Positions 48,185 through 57,327 of a stretch of 64,000 nucleotides of DNA are shown here, piece by piece. Source of the stretch: Terriglobia bacterium (GTDB lineage Bacteria > Acidobacteriota > Terriglobia > 20CM-2-55-15); contig CAXWPJ010000006.1 of the NCBI GenBank assembly GCA_963664115.2, positions 192,001 to 256,000 of the forward strand, written 5' to 3'. The notes beneath the pieces are model-generated. The model was not told the origin of the DNA and did no database searches. It was given only the letters and a program-made list of their open reading frames with translations. Both the position numbers and the translations under genes were made by a program. Position 1 is the first letter of the stretch. Every line of letters starts with the position of its first letter.

Positions 48185-49153
48185 CTATTCCTGGGGCGCG
48201 ACATTGTATTCGCGCGCGCGTTCCAGAATTTCGTCGTTTCGGGTAATCTGCCGGTCGATCTCACGGGGCAGGGTATTCTGCTCATTGGTTTCCGCCATCG
48301 TCCCCGTTGTTTTCAGTTCTTCCAACGCGTTGTAGATGGCTCCCTGCGCGATGTTTTGCAGGAAATTTGCGTACAGGGCTATCTTGACGCGAGCTTCGGC
48401 GGCGTCCGACATGGGTGTGCCGGCACCCATCGGTCCCATCAGGGCGACATCGATGGCATCCGCTGCGCGCCGATTGCCAGCCAGAGGCAGGCCCCCCAGG
48501 AACAATGCCTCGGCGCCCGCTTCGGCGTACGCCCCTCCGCGTTCAAACGCTTCCGCTTCAGATCTTCCCGCAGCAAGCGCATCCGAGCGGGCGACGATCA
48601 CCATCTCGGAACGCGCGTCAACGGCGGCGCGAATTCGATCCACCATCTCCCCGGTCGGAATGACGTCGGCGGTTTGACCGATTCTTTCGGTACGAATCCT
48701 ATCCTCGAACATCACGGCCCCGACCCCGGCTCTTTCAAACGCGCGGGTGGTGCGGTACACGGTGAGCGGATTGCCTCCCCCGTTGTCGGCGTCGGCGAGC
48801 ATCGGAATGTCGATCTGATCCACGATGCGTGAGGCATATTCGATGAGTTCGGTAAAGGACGTCAGGCCCCAGTCCGGATAGCCGTTCTCGATGCCGGCCG
48901 CTGTCCCGCCCACGAATACAGAAGGGAAGCCCGCGATATTGACGAGGCGCGCCGATTGACCGTCGTAGACCGCGATGCATTCGAACGGATCGTTTCTGCC
49001 GAGCAGTTGGCGAAACCGTCCGCCCATCGATGCTGAGGCATCGGTTTGCGGAACCGGTCCGAAACTGGCCGCGGATACGCGGGGGAGAGCGGCGATCGCC
49101 GCAGCGATTCCACCCAATTGAATGAAGTCTCGCCTGTTTTTCTTCTGACTCAT
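48185..49153 (-). CDS. isocitrate lyase/PEP mutase superfamily enzyme with Tat-like signal
   Basis: NRRDFIQLGGIAAA N-terminus; YDG.SARL, GYPD.G, LADADNGGG, FED, IVARSDA, AYAEAGAEALF. Confidence 0.85.
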   Translation of the reverse strand: MSQKKNRRDFIQLGGIAAAIAALPRVSAASFGPVPQTDASASMGGRFRQLLGRNDPFECIAVYDGQSARLVNIAGFPSVFVGGTAAGIENGYPDWGLTSFTELIEYASRIVDQIDIPMLADADNGGGNPLTVYRTTRAFERAGVGAVMFEDRIRTERIGQTADVIPTGEMVDRIRAAVDARSEMVIVARSDALAAGRSEAEAFERGGAYAEAGAEALFLGGLPLAGNRRAADAIDVALMGPMGAGTPMSDAAEARVKIALYANFLQNIAQGAIYNALEELKTTGTMAETNEQNTLPREIDRQITRNDEILERAREYNVAPQE

Positions 49154-49155
49154 GG

Positions 49156-49953
49156 TTAAGGTGCCTCCATCTTTAAGTTTGCCTCGACCTCAAGCCGGAT
49201 CATCCTAACATGGCTCTTTCCGGCGTCATCCAGGGGGTACTGTTCGAGATACGCGTTCACGCATTCGGATATAAACCCGTCCCTCAGTCTCTCCGGCACC
49301 TGATGTGTGTATGGTATCCATGTGGTTCGGATCCATCCGGCGAGGCCCTCGTGTCCTTGGTGAGTCATATCTTTTTCGACAAGCTTCAGACGGGTTGAGG
49401 TGAACCCCGCAGCAGGCAACCAAGTTTCATAGTCGTTGGTTGAATGAAAATAGTAGGAGAATTTGAACTCCGAAAAATATTCTTGCCACTGTTTCTTGTG
49501 GATCACTTTTTCCATTGCGTCCACTATGCCGGCCGCATTGCCTTCGCCGCCACAGGAAACGAGGAGAGTGCCGCGGGATTTTAGAAGGCGGGCTGCTCCC
49601 GCCAGAAAGGCCGGGTGGTCGTCCACCCAGTGGAGAGCTGCGTTAGAGAAAATGATGTCAAAGCTCCGATCCGAAATAAGCTTGCGGGCATCCATCTGCT
49701 CAAATGCAAGGTTGGGGTAACCATCGGACCGATAGTGACCGGAGGCGTATTTGACGAAAGCCGCACTGCTGTCGATGCCAAGGACGAAACCCTCGGGCAG
49801 GGCCCGGGCAAGTTCTGTGGTAACGCCTCCATTCCCACACCCGACGTCGAGTACTGCTTCATCCCCTGCGAGATCGAGACGCGCAATGAGCTCGCGAGCC
49901 CATGCAAGTTGAGCCTGAGAGTTGTTAGCGTAGTCTTCGGGGTTCCACTCCAC
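49156..49953 (-). CDS. class I SAM-dependent methyltransferase (Tam-like)
   Basis: WNPEDY, VLDVGCGNG, GIDSS, FDIIFSNAALHWV. Confidence 0.88.
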   Translation of the reverse strand: MEWNPEDYANNSQAQLAWARELIARLDLAGDEAVLDVGCGNGGVTTELARALPEGFVLGIDSSAAFVKYASGHYRSDGYPNLAFEQMDARKLISDRSFDIIFSNAALHWVDDHPAFLAGAARLLKSRGTLLVSCGGEGNAAGIVDAMEKVIHKKQWQEYFSEFKFSYYFHSTNDYETWLPAAGFTSTRLKLVEKDMTHQGHEGLAGWIRTTWIPYTHQVPERLRDGFISECVNAYLEQYPLDDAGKSHVRMIRLEVEANLKMEAP

Positions 49954-50189
49954 TCTCAGAGATTATGGGATGGGGTGAGCTGACGCAAATGCCGAGCGAG
50001 GTTCAACCGGCGACGGGTAGGGGACAGGTCTCAGCCGTTGAAAACGGGGGGCCACTTCCTCTTGAAGGCACAACAAGTTATAATCTGCAGTTGCGCTTCC
50101 GGCCCCGGGAGCGAGTTGCCATACTGTTTCGATAGTGTTTCGGGAATTTAGAGAAATCCCGCCATCCACTTTCACTGAAGAGATCTAAA

Positions 50190-51272
50190 GTGCCCCGTTT
50201 CGAACAGGCCGAAGCCACTCTGTTGCGTTACAAACTGGATCAGCCCGTGGGCGGATCGGGTGTTGCGGCAATCGACGTCGCATTGGTCGAACTGAGGGAC
50301 TCCGATGGTGCGACCGGTCTGGGTTTTTCTTACGTGCTCGACGGTGTCGGTGGGGAAGTTGTCCTGGCCGCGGCCCGCTCCGTGATCGAAAGGCTTGTCC
50401 TCAATCAGCCGTGTGTGCCCCCACAGGCCCTCTGGCGCCACATAGCGGCCAGTTTCAATCGTGGCGGTCTGGGGCCCAATATGGTCGCGCTGGCGGCCAT
50501 CGACGTCGCCGCCTGGGACCTCGAAGCGAATCGACGCGGGATGCCCTTGGGCGTGGCCATGGGCGGTGCACCACGCGCTGTTCCCGTCTATGGGAGTGGC
50601 GGTTTTACGGCTGATCAGTCCCCGGCCGAAGCAGCGGAGACGGCGGCTGCCCATGCCGCACGAGGCCTTTCAGCCGTCAAGCCGAGGGTGCGGGGTGGCA
50701 CAGGTGATGCAGCATTGATGGGAGCGGTAAGGGCGGCTCTACCTACAGACGCGGAATTGATGTTCGATGCCAACGAAAAATGTGATCTCATCCGTGCGCG
50801 TCGTTTGCTCGCCGAAGCTCGAGACCATGGGGCTCTATTTGTCGAAGAGCCGCTGCCTGCATCTGCCCTCGCCGGTTACCGTTCGTTGGCGGAAACTGGC
50901 CTGAGTGCGCTGGCTGCGGGCGAACACCTTCAGGGGCGCACCGCGTTCCTGCCGTACATTTCGGAACGTCTGGTGGGACTGATACAGCCCGACCTTTCGA
51001 TGACGGGTGGATTGACACCCGCGTTAGAGATCGCGACCCTGGCTGAAGCCTTTGACGTGTCGATGTCCCCGCATTTTCTTCCGGGTCTCTTCGTGCATGT
51101 GGCAAGCGTTTCGCCGGCCGTGACATGGCTTGAAGAATTTCCCTTGCTGGAGCCTCTGTTTGAGGGGTGGCCTGAACTTGGTTCAAACGGTCTCATGGAA
51201 CCGCGCGAGGTTCCGGGTCATGGCTTGAGCGTTGCTCGGGATGTCCGGAAGAAATTTGCTCTTCGCGAATGA
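50190..51272 (+). CDS. mandelate racemase/muconate lactonizing (enolase superfamily) enzyme
   Basis: AAIDVAAWDL, PVYGSGG, metal ligands FDAN/EEP/AGE, QPD, SPH, LEEF, PGHG. Confidence 0.9.
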   Translation: MPRFEQAEATLLRYKLDQPVGGSGVAAIDVALVELRDSDGATGLGFSYVLDGVGGEVVLAAARSVIERLVLNQPCVPPQALWRHIAASFNRGGLGPNMVALAAIDVAAWDLEANRRGMPLGVAMGGAPRAVPVYGSGGFTADQSPAEAAETAAAHAARGLSAVKPRVRGGTGDAALMGAVRAALPTDAELMFDANEKCDLIRARRLLAEARDHGALFVEEPLPASALAGYRSLAETGLSALAAGEHLQGRTAFLPYISERLVGLIQPDLSMTGGLTPALEIATLAEAFDVSMSPHFLPGLFVHVASVSPAVTWLEEFPLLEPLFEGWPELGSNGLMEPREVPGHGLSVARDVRKKFALRE

Positions 51273-51314
51273 GTTATTATTGTCGCCTTGCGTAAGCGTA
51301 ACGAAGGACTAAGC

Positions 51315-51440
51315 ATGGCTATGGTGTGCACGGATTTCCGGATGCCGCTTGGCGGCGTCAAGGGGTCCGGTCACGGTCGAGAACTCGGTGTCCGTGGTAT
51401 AAGAGAATTTACGAACTTCAAGACTGTGTGGATTAAATAG
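51315..51440 (+). pseudogene. C-terminal remnant of an NAD(P)-dependent aldehyde dehydrogenase
   Basis: [39 protein letters not shown] matches the ALDH C-terminal P.GG.K.SG.GRE.G..G..EF...K motif. Confidence 0.75.
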
Positions 51441-51497
51441 TGACAAGCGAAGCTCGGCTTGACAGGCCGAAAATTCTTCTGATTGGGTGATCGAAAT

Positions 51498-52379
51498 ATG
51501 GCGAAACTTGGGTATGTAGGTTTGGGCGAGATGGGTGGCCTGATGGTGAAGCGTCTGATGGAGAAGGGCCATACCGTAACGGGCTACAATCGAACACAGT
51601 CGAAGGCTAAGTGGTTGATTGATCTGGGCATGGCGTGGGCCGATTCTCCCCGTGAAGTCTGCGAAGCGTCCGATATGACGCTCTCGATGGTCAGCGATTC
51701 GAAGGCTGTGACGGAAATCGCGGAAGGACCGGATGGCTTGCTGGCTGGACTCAGCACCGGCAAGATATTGATTGAGATGAGCACGATCAAACCCGGAGTG
51801 AGTGTCGCGATAGCCGAACGTGCTCGAGAGAAGGGCGGCGACATGGTCGATGTACCTGTTTCCGGCAGCCAACAGACGCTACGGGATGGCAAGCTCTCGA
51901 TGATGGTCGGTGGACGGCCCGAAACCTTCGAGAAGGTGAAGGCGATCCTGGCGGACATCGGCCCACGGACAACTTATATCGGCGAAAACGGCCGTGCGCT
52001 GGCTATGAAACTCGCGGCCAACATCAGCGTTGCAGTGCAGATCGTGGCTTTCGCTGAAGGGGTCCTGCTTGCAGAGAAGAGCGGCGTCGATCGTAAGACC
52101 GCCGTCGATGTCCTGACCCACAGCGTCATGGGTTCTGCGCTCATACAGTACCGGGGACCGTTCGTTCTCGAAATGCCGGAGCAAGCCTGGTTCAACGTCA
52201 ACATGATGCAGAAGGACTTGCTTCTCGCGCTGGAACTTGGTCGCGAGCTTGACACTGTTTTGCCGACGGCCTCGACAGCGAACGACCTCATGACAGTTTC
52301 GAGAGGCATGGGGTTCGCCGATCAGGACTTCGCCGTTGTTTTTAAGACCTTGGAAAGAATGTCTGGAGTTACAGAATGA
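51498..52379 (+). CDS. beta-hydroxyacid dehydrogenase (3-hydroxyisobutyrate / 2-hydroxy-3-oxopropionate reductase family)
   Basis: YVGLGEMG, GYNRT, EMSTI, DVPVSG, catalytic MKLAAN, MQKDL. Confidence 0.9.
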   Translation: MAKLGYVGLGEMGGLMVKRLMEKGHTVTGYNRTQSKAKWLIDLGMAWADSPREVCEASDMTLSMVSDSKAVTEIAEGPDGLLAGLSTGKILIEMSTIKPGVSVAIAERAREKGGDMVDVPVSGSQQTLRDGKLSMMVGGRPETFEKVKAILADIGPRTTYIGENGRALAMKLAANISVAVQIVAFAEGVLLAEKSGVDRKTAVDVLTHSVMGSALIQYRGPFVLEMPEQAWFNVNMMQKDLLLALELGRELDTVLPTASTANDLMTVSRGMGFADQDFAVVFKTLERMSGVTE

Positions 52380-53365
52380 CAAAATCTGCGAATCCCCACA
52401 CTGCGGTTGAAGTCGAACAATGGCTTCGCATGTATCGGGGCATGCAAAAAATCCGATTGTTTGAGGATGCGGCGAACGAGCTCTACACCGCAGCGATCAT
52501 GCCGGGGTTGGCACACCTTTACTCGGGCGAGGAAGCAATTGCCGTGGGTGTATGCGAAGCGCTTCGGAGGGAAGACTACATTACCAGTACGCACCGTGGG
52601 CACGGCCATTGTGTTGCGAAGGGAGCGGATCTGGACCGGATGTTCGCTGAATTACTGGGCAAGCGAGCCGGCTACTGCAAGGGGAAGGGCGGTTCGATGC
52701 ACATCGCTGACCCCGATACGGGCAATCTGGGCGCCAACGCCATTGTCGGTGGAAGCATTGGCATCGCAACGGGTGCGGCGTTTTCGGCCAAGCGGCTCGG
52801 GACAGACCTGGTTGCGGTCTGTTTCTTCGGTGACGGGGCACTTGGACAGGGATTGCTTTACGAGGCCATGAACATGGCCGCCCTCTGGAAGCTGCCCGTT
52901 ATCTACGTTTGCGAGAACAATCTATACAACGAGTACACGCACAATTCCGAAACGCTCGCGGGCAACATCTTGGAACGCGGCTCGGCTTTTGGAGTGCCGG
53001 GTCATCATGTGGACGGCCAGGACGTGCGCGCCGTTTACGAAATTACAAACGGTCTTGTGGACCGAGCCCGCAAAGGTGAGGGCCCGTCCTACCTGGTTGC
53101 CGATACCTACCGTTTCCACGGGCATCACGTGGGCGATATCAATCGTACGTATTATCGTTCCAAGGAAGAAGAGAAGGAGTGGAAAACCAATCGCGATCCC
53201 ATCAAGAATTTCGGTGCGTGGTTGGTAGCCGAACAGATTGCCGATAGCAACAGTCTGAGTCAGATCGAGGCTGAAGTGCAGAGCGAAATCGACGCGGCCG
53301 TCCAGTTTGCGAAGGACGCCCCCTACCCGGCTGTCGAAGAGGTGGATCAAGATGTCTATGCCTGA
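52376..53365 (+). CDS. TPP-dependent dehydrogenase E1 alpha (AcoA/PdhA-like)
   Basis: HLYSGEEA, STHRGHGH, GKGGSMH, GDGA...CENN TPP motif, TYRFHGH. Confidence 0.92.
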   Translation: MTKSANPHTAVEVEQWLRMYRGMQKIRLFEDAANELYTAAIMPGLAHLYSGEEAIAVGVCEALRREDYITSTHRGHGHCVAKGADLDRMFAELLGKRAGYCKGKGGSMHIADPDTGNLGANAIVGGSIGIATGAAFSAKRLGTDLVAVCFFGDGALGQGLLYEAMNMAALWKLPVIYVCENNLYNEYTHNSETLAGNILERGSAFGVPGHHVDGQDVRAVYEITNGLVDRARKGEGPSYLVADTYRFHGHHVGDINRTYYRSKEEEKEWKTNRDPIKNFGAWLVAEQIADSNSLSQIEAEVQSEIDAAVQFAKDAPYPAVEEVDQDVYA

Positions 53366-54353
53366 AACTCAAACTGCAGTACGTCAACTCACACTGGGCG
53401 ACGCTGTTCGCGAGGCGCTCAGCGAAGAATTACGGCGCGATCCAACTGTTCTCATTCTCGGCGAAGATATAGCCGAGGCCGGAACCGCCTTCAAGGTCCT
53501 GACCGGTATGGTCGATGAGTTTGGGCCTGAGCGCATCCTGGATACGCCAATATCGGAACCGGGCTTTACCGGAATCGCAGTCGGTGCTGCGATGACGGGT
53601 CTGCGTCCGGTGGTGGACATCATGTTTGGTGATTTCATTGGGCTCACCATGGATCAGATGGCGAACCAGGCCGCGAAGATCCACTACATGTCGGGGGGCA
53701 AGTGGAAAGTTCCGATGGTCATGCGGACGACACTGGGCGCAACCAGACGGACCGCGGCGCAGCACTCGCAATCACTGCAAGCATGGTTCTGTCACGTGCC
53801 GGGATTGAAGGTTGTCATGCCGTCGACGCCTTACGATGCCAAGGGACTGATGAAAACCGCTATCCGGGACGACAATCCCGTGGTGATTTTCGAAGACAAA
53901 ATGATGTACGGGCTGAAAGGTCCGGTCCCTGAAGAGGAGTACACGATTCCTTTGGGTGTGGCCGACATTAAACGTGAAGGCGATGACCTGACGATTGTGG
54001 CGACCAGCAGCATGGTACAGGTGGCATTGGGTGCGGCTAATATGCTGGAAGAACACGACATCAGCGCCGAAGTGGTCGATCCGCGCACGCTGTGGCCGCT
54101 CGATGAGCAGACCATTCTGGAATCGGTGAAGAAAACCTCACGTGCAATCGTCATGGACGAAGGGTACGGGCGATACGGCGTCATGGCCGAGCTCGCTGCG
54201 GTGATTGCGGAAGGTGCTTTCTTTGATCTGGAAGCACCCGTAAAGAGAATAGGAGCGATGCATGTTCCTATTCCGTTTTCTCCTCCGCTGGAAGATGCGA
54301 CCGTGCCGACCGAAGAGATGGTGTTTGAGGCCGCGAAGGAACTCTGCGGTTAG
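53358..54353 (+). CDS. TPP-dependent dehydrogenase E1 beta (AcoB/PdhB-like)
   Basis: LGEDI, DTPISE, GLRPVVDIMF.DF, AQHSQ, PGLKVV, VDPRTLWPLD. Confidence 0.92.
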   Translation: MPETQTAVRQLTLGDAVREALSEELRRDPTVLILGEDIAEAGTAFKVLTGMVDEFGPERILDTPISEPGFTGIAVGAAMTGLRPVVDIMFGDFIGLTMDQMANQAAKIHYMSGGKWKVPMVMRTTLGATRRTAAQHSQSLQAWFCHVPGLKVVMPSTPYDAKGLMKTAIRDDNPVVIFEDKMMYGLKGPVPEEEYTIPLGVADIKREGDDLTIVATSSMVQVALGAANMLEEHDISAEVVDPRTLWPLDEQTILESVKKTSRAIVMDEGYGRYGVMAELAAVIAEGAFFDLEAPVKRIGAMHVPIPFSPPLEDATVPTEEMVFEAAKELCG

Positions 54354-54503
54354 CAAGAGCCGGGGGGTTTTCGATCAGTACCAGCCGCTCAAATTAAGGG
54401 TGTGAGCGGCAGCATTGGCGCGGTGGAGCTCGAGCCTCTAGCCCTTGATCCGTAAGGAATTTTCAACTATTCTCACCTCATCCTAAGTCGAGAGAGAGGA
54501 CCT

Positions 54504-55889
54504 ATGATCCAAGAGCCCGTTTCAGTCGAAAACACGCAGGTTCAAGAACTTGTGGCCCAAGCCCATGTGGCGCAAGCAGAGTTCGAATCATTTTCTCAGG
54601 AGAAAGTGGACGCGATCGTCAAAGGCATTGGTAAATATGTTTACGATAATGCCGCCGAGCTGGCGAGGCTTGCCGTCGATGAGACTGAAATCGGCGTTTA
54701 TGACGACAAAGTTCTCAAGAACAAAGGCAAGGCCCGCATTATCTGGAACAGCCTGAAAGGCAAAAAGTCCCGAGGCATCATTGGCGAGGACTCCGAGGCC
54801 AACATGATATTCGTGGCCAAACCCATGGGCGTGGTCGGAGCCGTGACACCGATCACCAATCCCATCGTGACGCCAATGTGCAACGCCATGTTCGCCATCA
54901 AGACCGGAAACTCGGTGATTTTTGCGCCCCATCCCAAGGCCCAGAAATGCACCAAGGTTCTGACTGAGGCCTTCATGAAGGTAGTGAAAGACAACGGTGG
55001 ACCGGACCACCTGGTTCAGACCTTGACGCACGTATCGATTGAAGCAACCCAGGAACTGATGCAGGCGGTGAATGTGATCGTCGCCACCGGAGGCGGGGCC
55101 ATGGTGAAGGCCGCTTACTCCTCGGGCAATCCTTCCTTTGGAGTGGGAGCCGGTAATGTGCCTGTGATCGTGGATGAGGATGCGGAGCTCGCCGACGCCA
55201 CAGAAAAGATCGTCGCCGGCGCATCTTTCGACAACGGCATCATTTGCTCTCACGAACAGTTCGTCCTGGTTCCGGATGAGAAATACGCCGCAGCGCTGGA
55301 ATCGTTTGAGGCGACGGGCAAGGTGTGGTTCACCGAAGACGAAACAGTGGTTCAGAAGTTCCGGGATGTCGTGTTTCCGGACGGTCAACTCAACAGGGAC
55401 GTGGTCGGCAAGTCCTGCCGGGAAATCGGGGCGCTGGCGGGAGCCGATGTGCCTGAAACTGCCCGTATCATCCTCCTCCCCGCCAGGGGCGCGGGCTCAG
55501 AGGACGTTCTGGCGAAGGAAAAACTTTGTCCTGTAGTTGCTATCCTTCCCTATAAGGATTTCAAGGAAGCTGTTGCCAAGGCGAAAGCCAATCTTCTGGT
55601 GGAAGGTGCGGGGCACTCTGCCGGCCTGCATTCCGGGAACGAAGCCAACATCCGCTACGCCGGTCTGGAACTGCCCATAAGCCGTCTGGTTGTGAACCAA
55701 CCGTGTTCCTTCGCCGCCGGCGGTTCACTGACCAACGGTTTCGCCGCAACCACCACTCTCGGGTGCGGTTCCTGGGGTGGCAACTCAATTTCAGAAAATC
55801 TGGATTACAAACACCTGATGAACGTTTCGCGAATCGGCAAGGTGATCGCGGACAAAAAGGTTCCGACGGACGATGAAATCTGGGCATGA
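54504..55889 (+). CDS. CoA-acylating aldehyde dehydrogenase (SucD/EutE/SauS-like)
   Basis: AKPMGVVGAVTPITNP, ATGGGAMVKAAYSSG, GVGAGN, SFDNGIICSHEQ, GAGHS, LGCGSWGGNSISEN. Confidence 0.88.
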   Translation: MIQEPVSVENTQVQELVAQAHVAQAEFESFSQEKVDAIVKGIGKYVYDNAAELARLAVDETEIGVYDDKVLKNKGKARIIWNSLKGKKSRGIIGEDSEANMIFVAKPMGVVGAVTPITNPIVTPMCNAMFAIKTGNSVIFAPHPKAQKCTKVLTEAFMKVVKDNGGPDHLVQTLTHVSIEATQELMQAVNVIVATGGGAMVKAAYSSGNPSFGVGAGNVPVIVDEDAELADATEKIVAGASFDNGIICSHEQFVLVPDEKYAAALESFEATGKVWFTEDETVVQKFRDVVFPDGQLNRDVVGKSCREIGALAGADVPETARIILLPARGAGSEDVLAKEKLCPVVAILPYKDFKEAVAKAKANLLVEGAGHSAGLHSGNEANIRYAGLELPISRLVVNQPCSFAAGGSLTNGFAATTTLGCGSWGGNSISENLDYKHLMNVSRIGKVIADKKVPTDDEIWA

Positions 55890-55924
55890 GACCTGCCCGT
55901 AATTGCCGTTTCAGTTTGATCCGA

Positions 55925-55948
55925 CTGCCCTTCGGGCCCGAAGGGCAG
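55925..55948. terminator. perfect 24-bp palindrome downstream of the ALDH gene
   Basis: CTGCCCTTCGGGCCCGAAGGGCAG is its own reverse complement; no clear U-tract. Confidence 0.5.
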
Positions 55949-56086
55949 GAATCTTGATTCACATCCTGAGCCCGCGCCTCCCGCAAGCGGGACAGTTCTG
56001 GAGATAATCGCAGACAGCGCAAAAACAGAGTAAGTGCGGGTTACAGACTGAAGGCTTCCGTCTTACAACAAACAGAAGTAGAGGTT

Positions 56087-57295
56087 ATGGCTAAAAACGT
56101 AGTGATGCCTGCGCTCGAGATGGCGCAGGAAACGGGCACGATTGTTTCGTGGCTTAAAAAAGAAGGCGACGCTGTTACCAAGGGCGAGCCGCTTCTGGAA
56201 ATCGAGACCGACAAGGCAACGGTTGAAATAGAGGCTCTTGCCAACGGTGTCCTCGCCGGAGTCAAGGCCGCCGAAGGCGACGAAATACCGGTCGGCGAGA
56301 CGATCGCATGGATCGTCGCTCCCGGCGAAGAGCCGCCAAAGGAGTCCGCATCGGCAACTTCCGGACGGAGCATGTCTCAGAAGGCCCGATCGAGTTCCGA
56401 TTCAAACCCTCCGGGGGCGAAGGCCTCTGCCGCTGGCCGGAAGAAAAAGACGGGTGCTGGCGGGAAGGTATCTCCAAAGGCCCGACGCCTTGCTAAAGAG
56501 CATGGTGTCGATCTCGCGACCGTTGAGGGAACAGGCCCGGACGGTGCGATTACCGGCGAGGACGTTCTCGCTGCCCGGGAGTCTGCATCGTCTGATGGTG
56601 GGGAGTCCACCGCTGCTACTGCGCCCCTCAGTGCAGTTGCTCGCCTGATGGCCGAGCGGACCACCCAGAGTTGGAATCAGGCCCCCCACTTTTTCCTGAC
56701 GCGTGATGTTGACGCCGTCGCACTCAATGATTTCCGTGCGAGAGTTCGACCGGGTATCGAGAAAGACAAGGAGATCAAGGTAACACACACCGATATTCTG
56801 GTTGCTTTGATCGGAAGGGTACTGGTCAAGCACCCCAAGATGAATGCGAGTTGGGAGGGCAAGGGGATCCGTTTAAATCCAGAGGTCAACGTCTGCATCG
56901 CCATGGCCGTGGAGGATGGTGTCGTAAGTCCGGTGATTCCTGAAACCAACACAGCGGAACTGGGCGATATCGCAATGCGGCGCCGAGACCTGGCCGAGCG
57001 TGCCCGGGCGGGTAAACTGCGTCCAGCAGACATCACCGGAGGGAATTTTACGGTCAGCAACCTGGGGATGTTCGCGATCGATGCTTTCACAGCAATCATC
57101 GTGCCGCCGCAGGCGGCAATACTCGCGGTCGGAGCCATTGCCGACCGGGTGGTGCCCGTCGATGGCCAACCCGGCATCCGTCCAACCATGACGATGACAT
57201 TATCGAGCGACCATCGTGTGGTCGATGGCGCTCAGGCCGCACTCTTCCTCAACGACCTGGTTGAAGCGATTAAAGATCCGGAAAAAGTGATGTAG
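56087..57295 (+). CDS. dihydrolipoamide acyltransferase E2 (single lipoyl domain)
   Basis: lipoyl EIETDKAT, E3-binding SPKARRLA..GTGPDGAI, FTVSNLG, catalytic DHRVVDG. Confidence 0.93.
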   Translation: MAKNVVMPALEMAQETGTIVSWLKKEGDAVTKGEPLLEIETDKATVEIEALANGVLAGVKAAEGDEIPVGETIAWIVAPGEEPPKESASATSGRSMSQKARSSSDSNPPGAKASAAGRKKKTGAGGKVSPKARRLAKEHGVDLATVEGTGPDGAITGEDVLAARESASSDGGESTAATAPLSAVARLMAERTTQSWNQAPHFFLTRDVDAVALNDFRARVRPGIEKDKEIKVTHTDILVALIGRVLVKHPKMNASWEGKGIRLNPEVNVCIAMAVEDGVVSPVIPETNTAELGDIAMRRRDLAERARAGKLRPADITGGNFTVSNLGMFAIDAFTAIIVPPQAAILAVGAIADRVVPVDGQPGIRPTMTMTLSSDHRVVDGAQAALFLNDLVEAIKDPEKVM

Positions 57296-57327
57296 TCTCC
57301 GCCCCGCCCCAAGTGCCCGTCCCAGCC

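Noticed and set aside
49963-50175. Short ORF containing EEVAPRF, similar to LLM C-termini
   Set aside because: The match is too short to call a remnant without an alignment.
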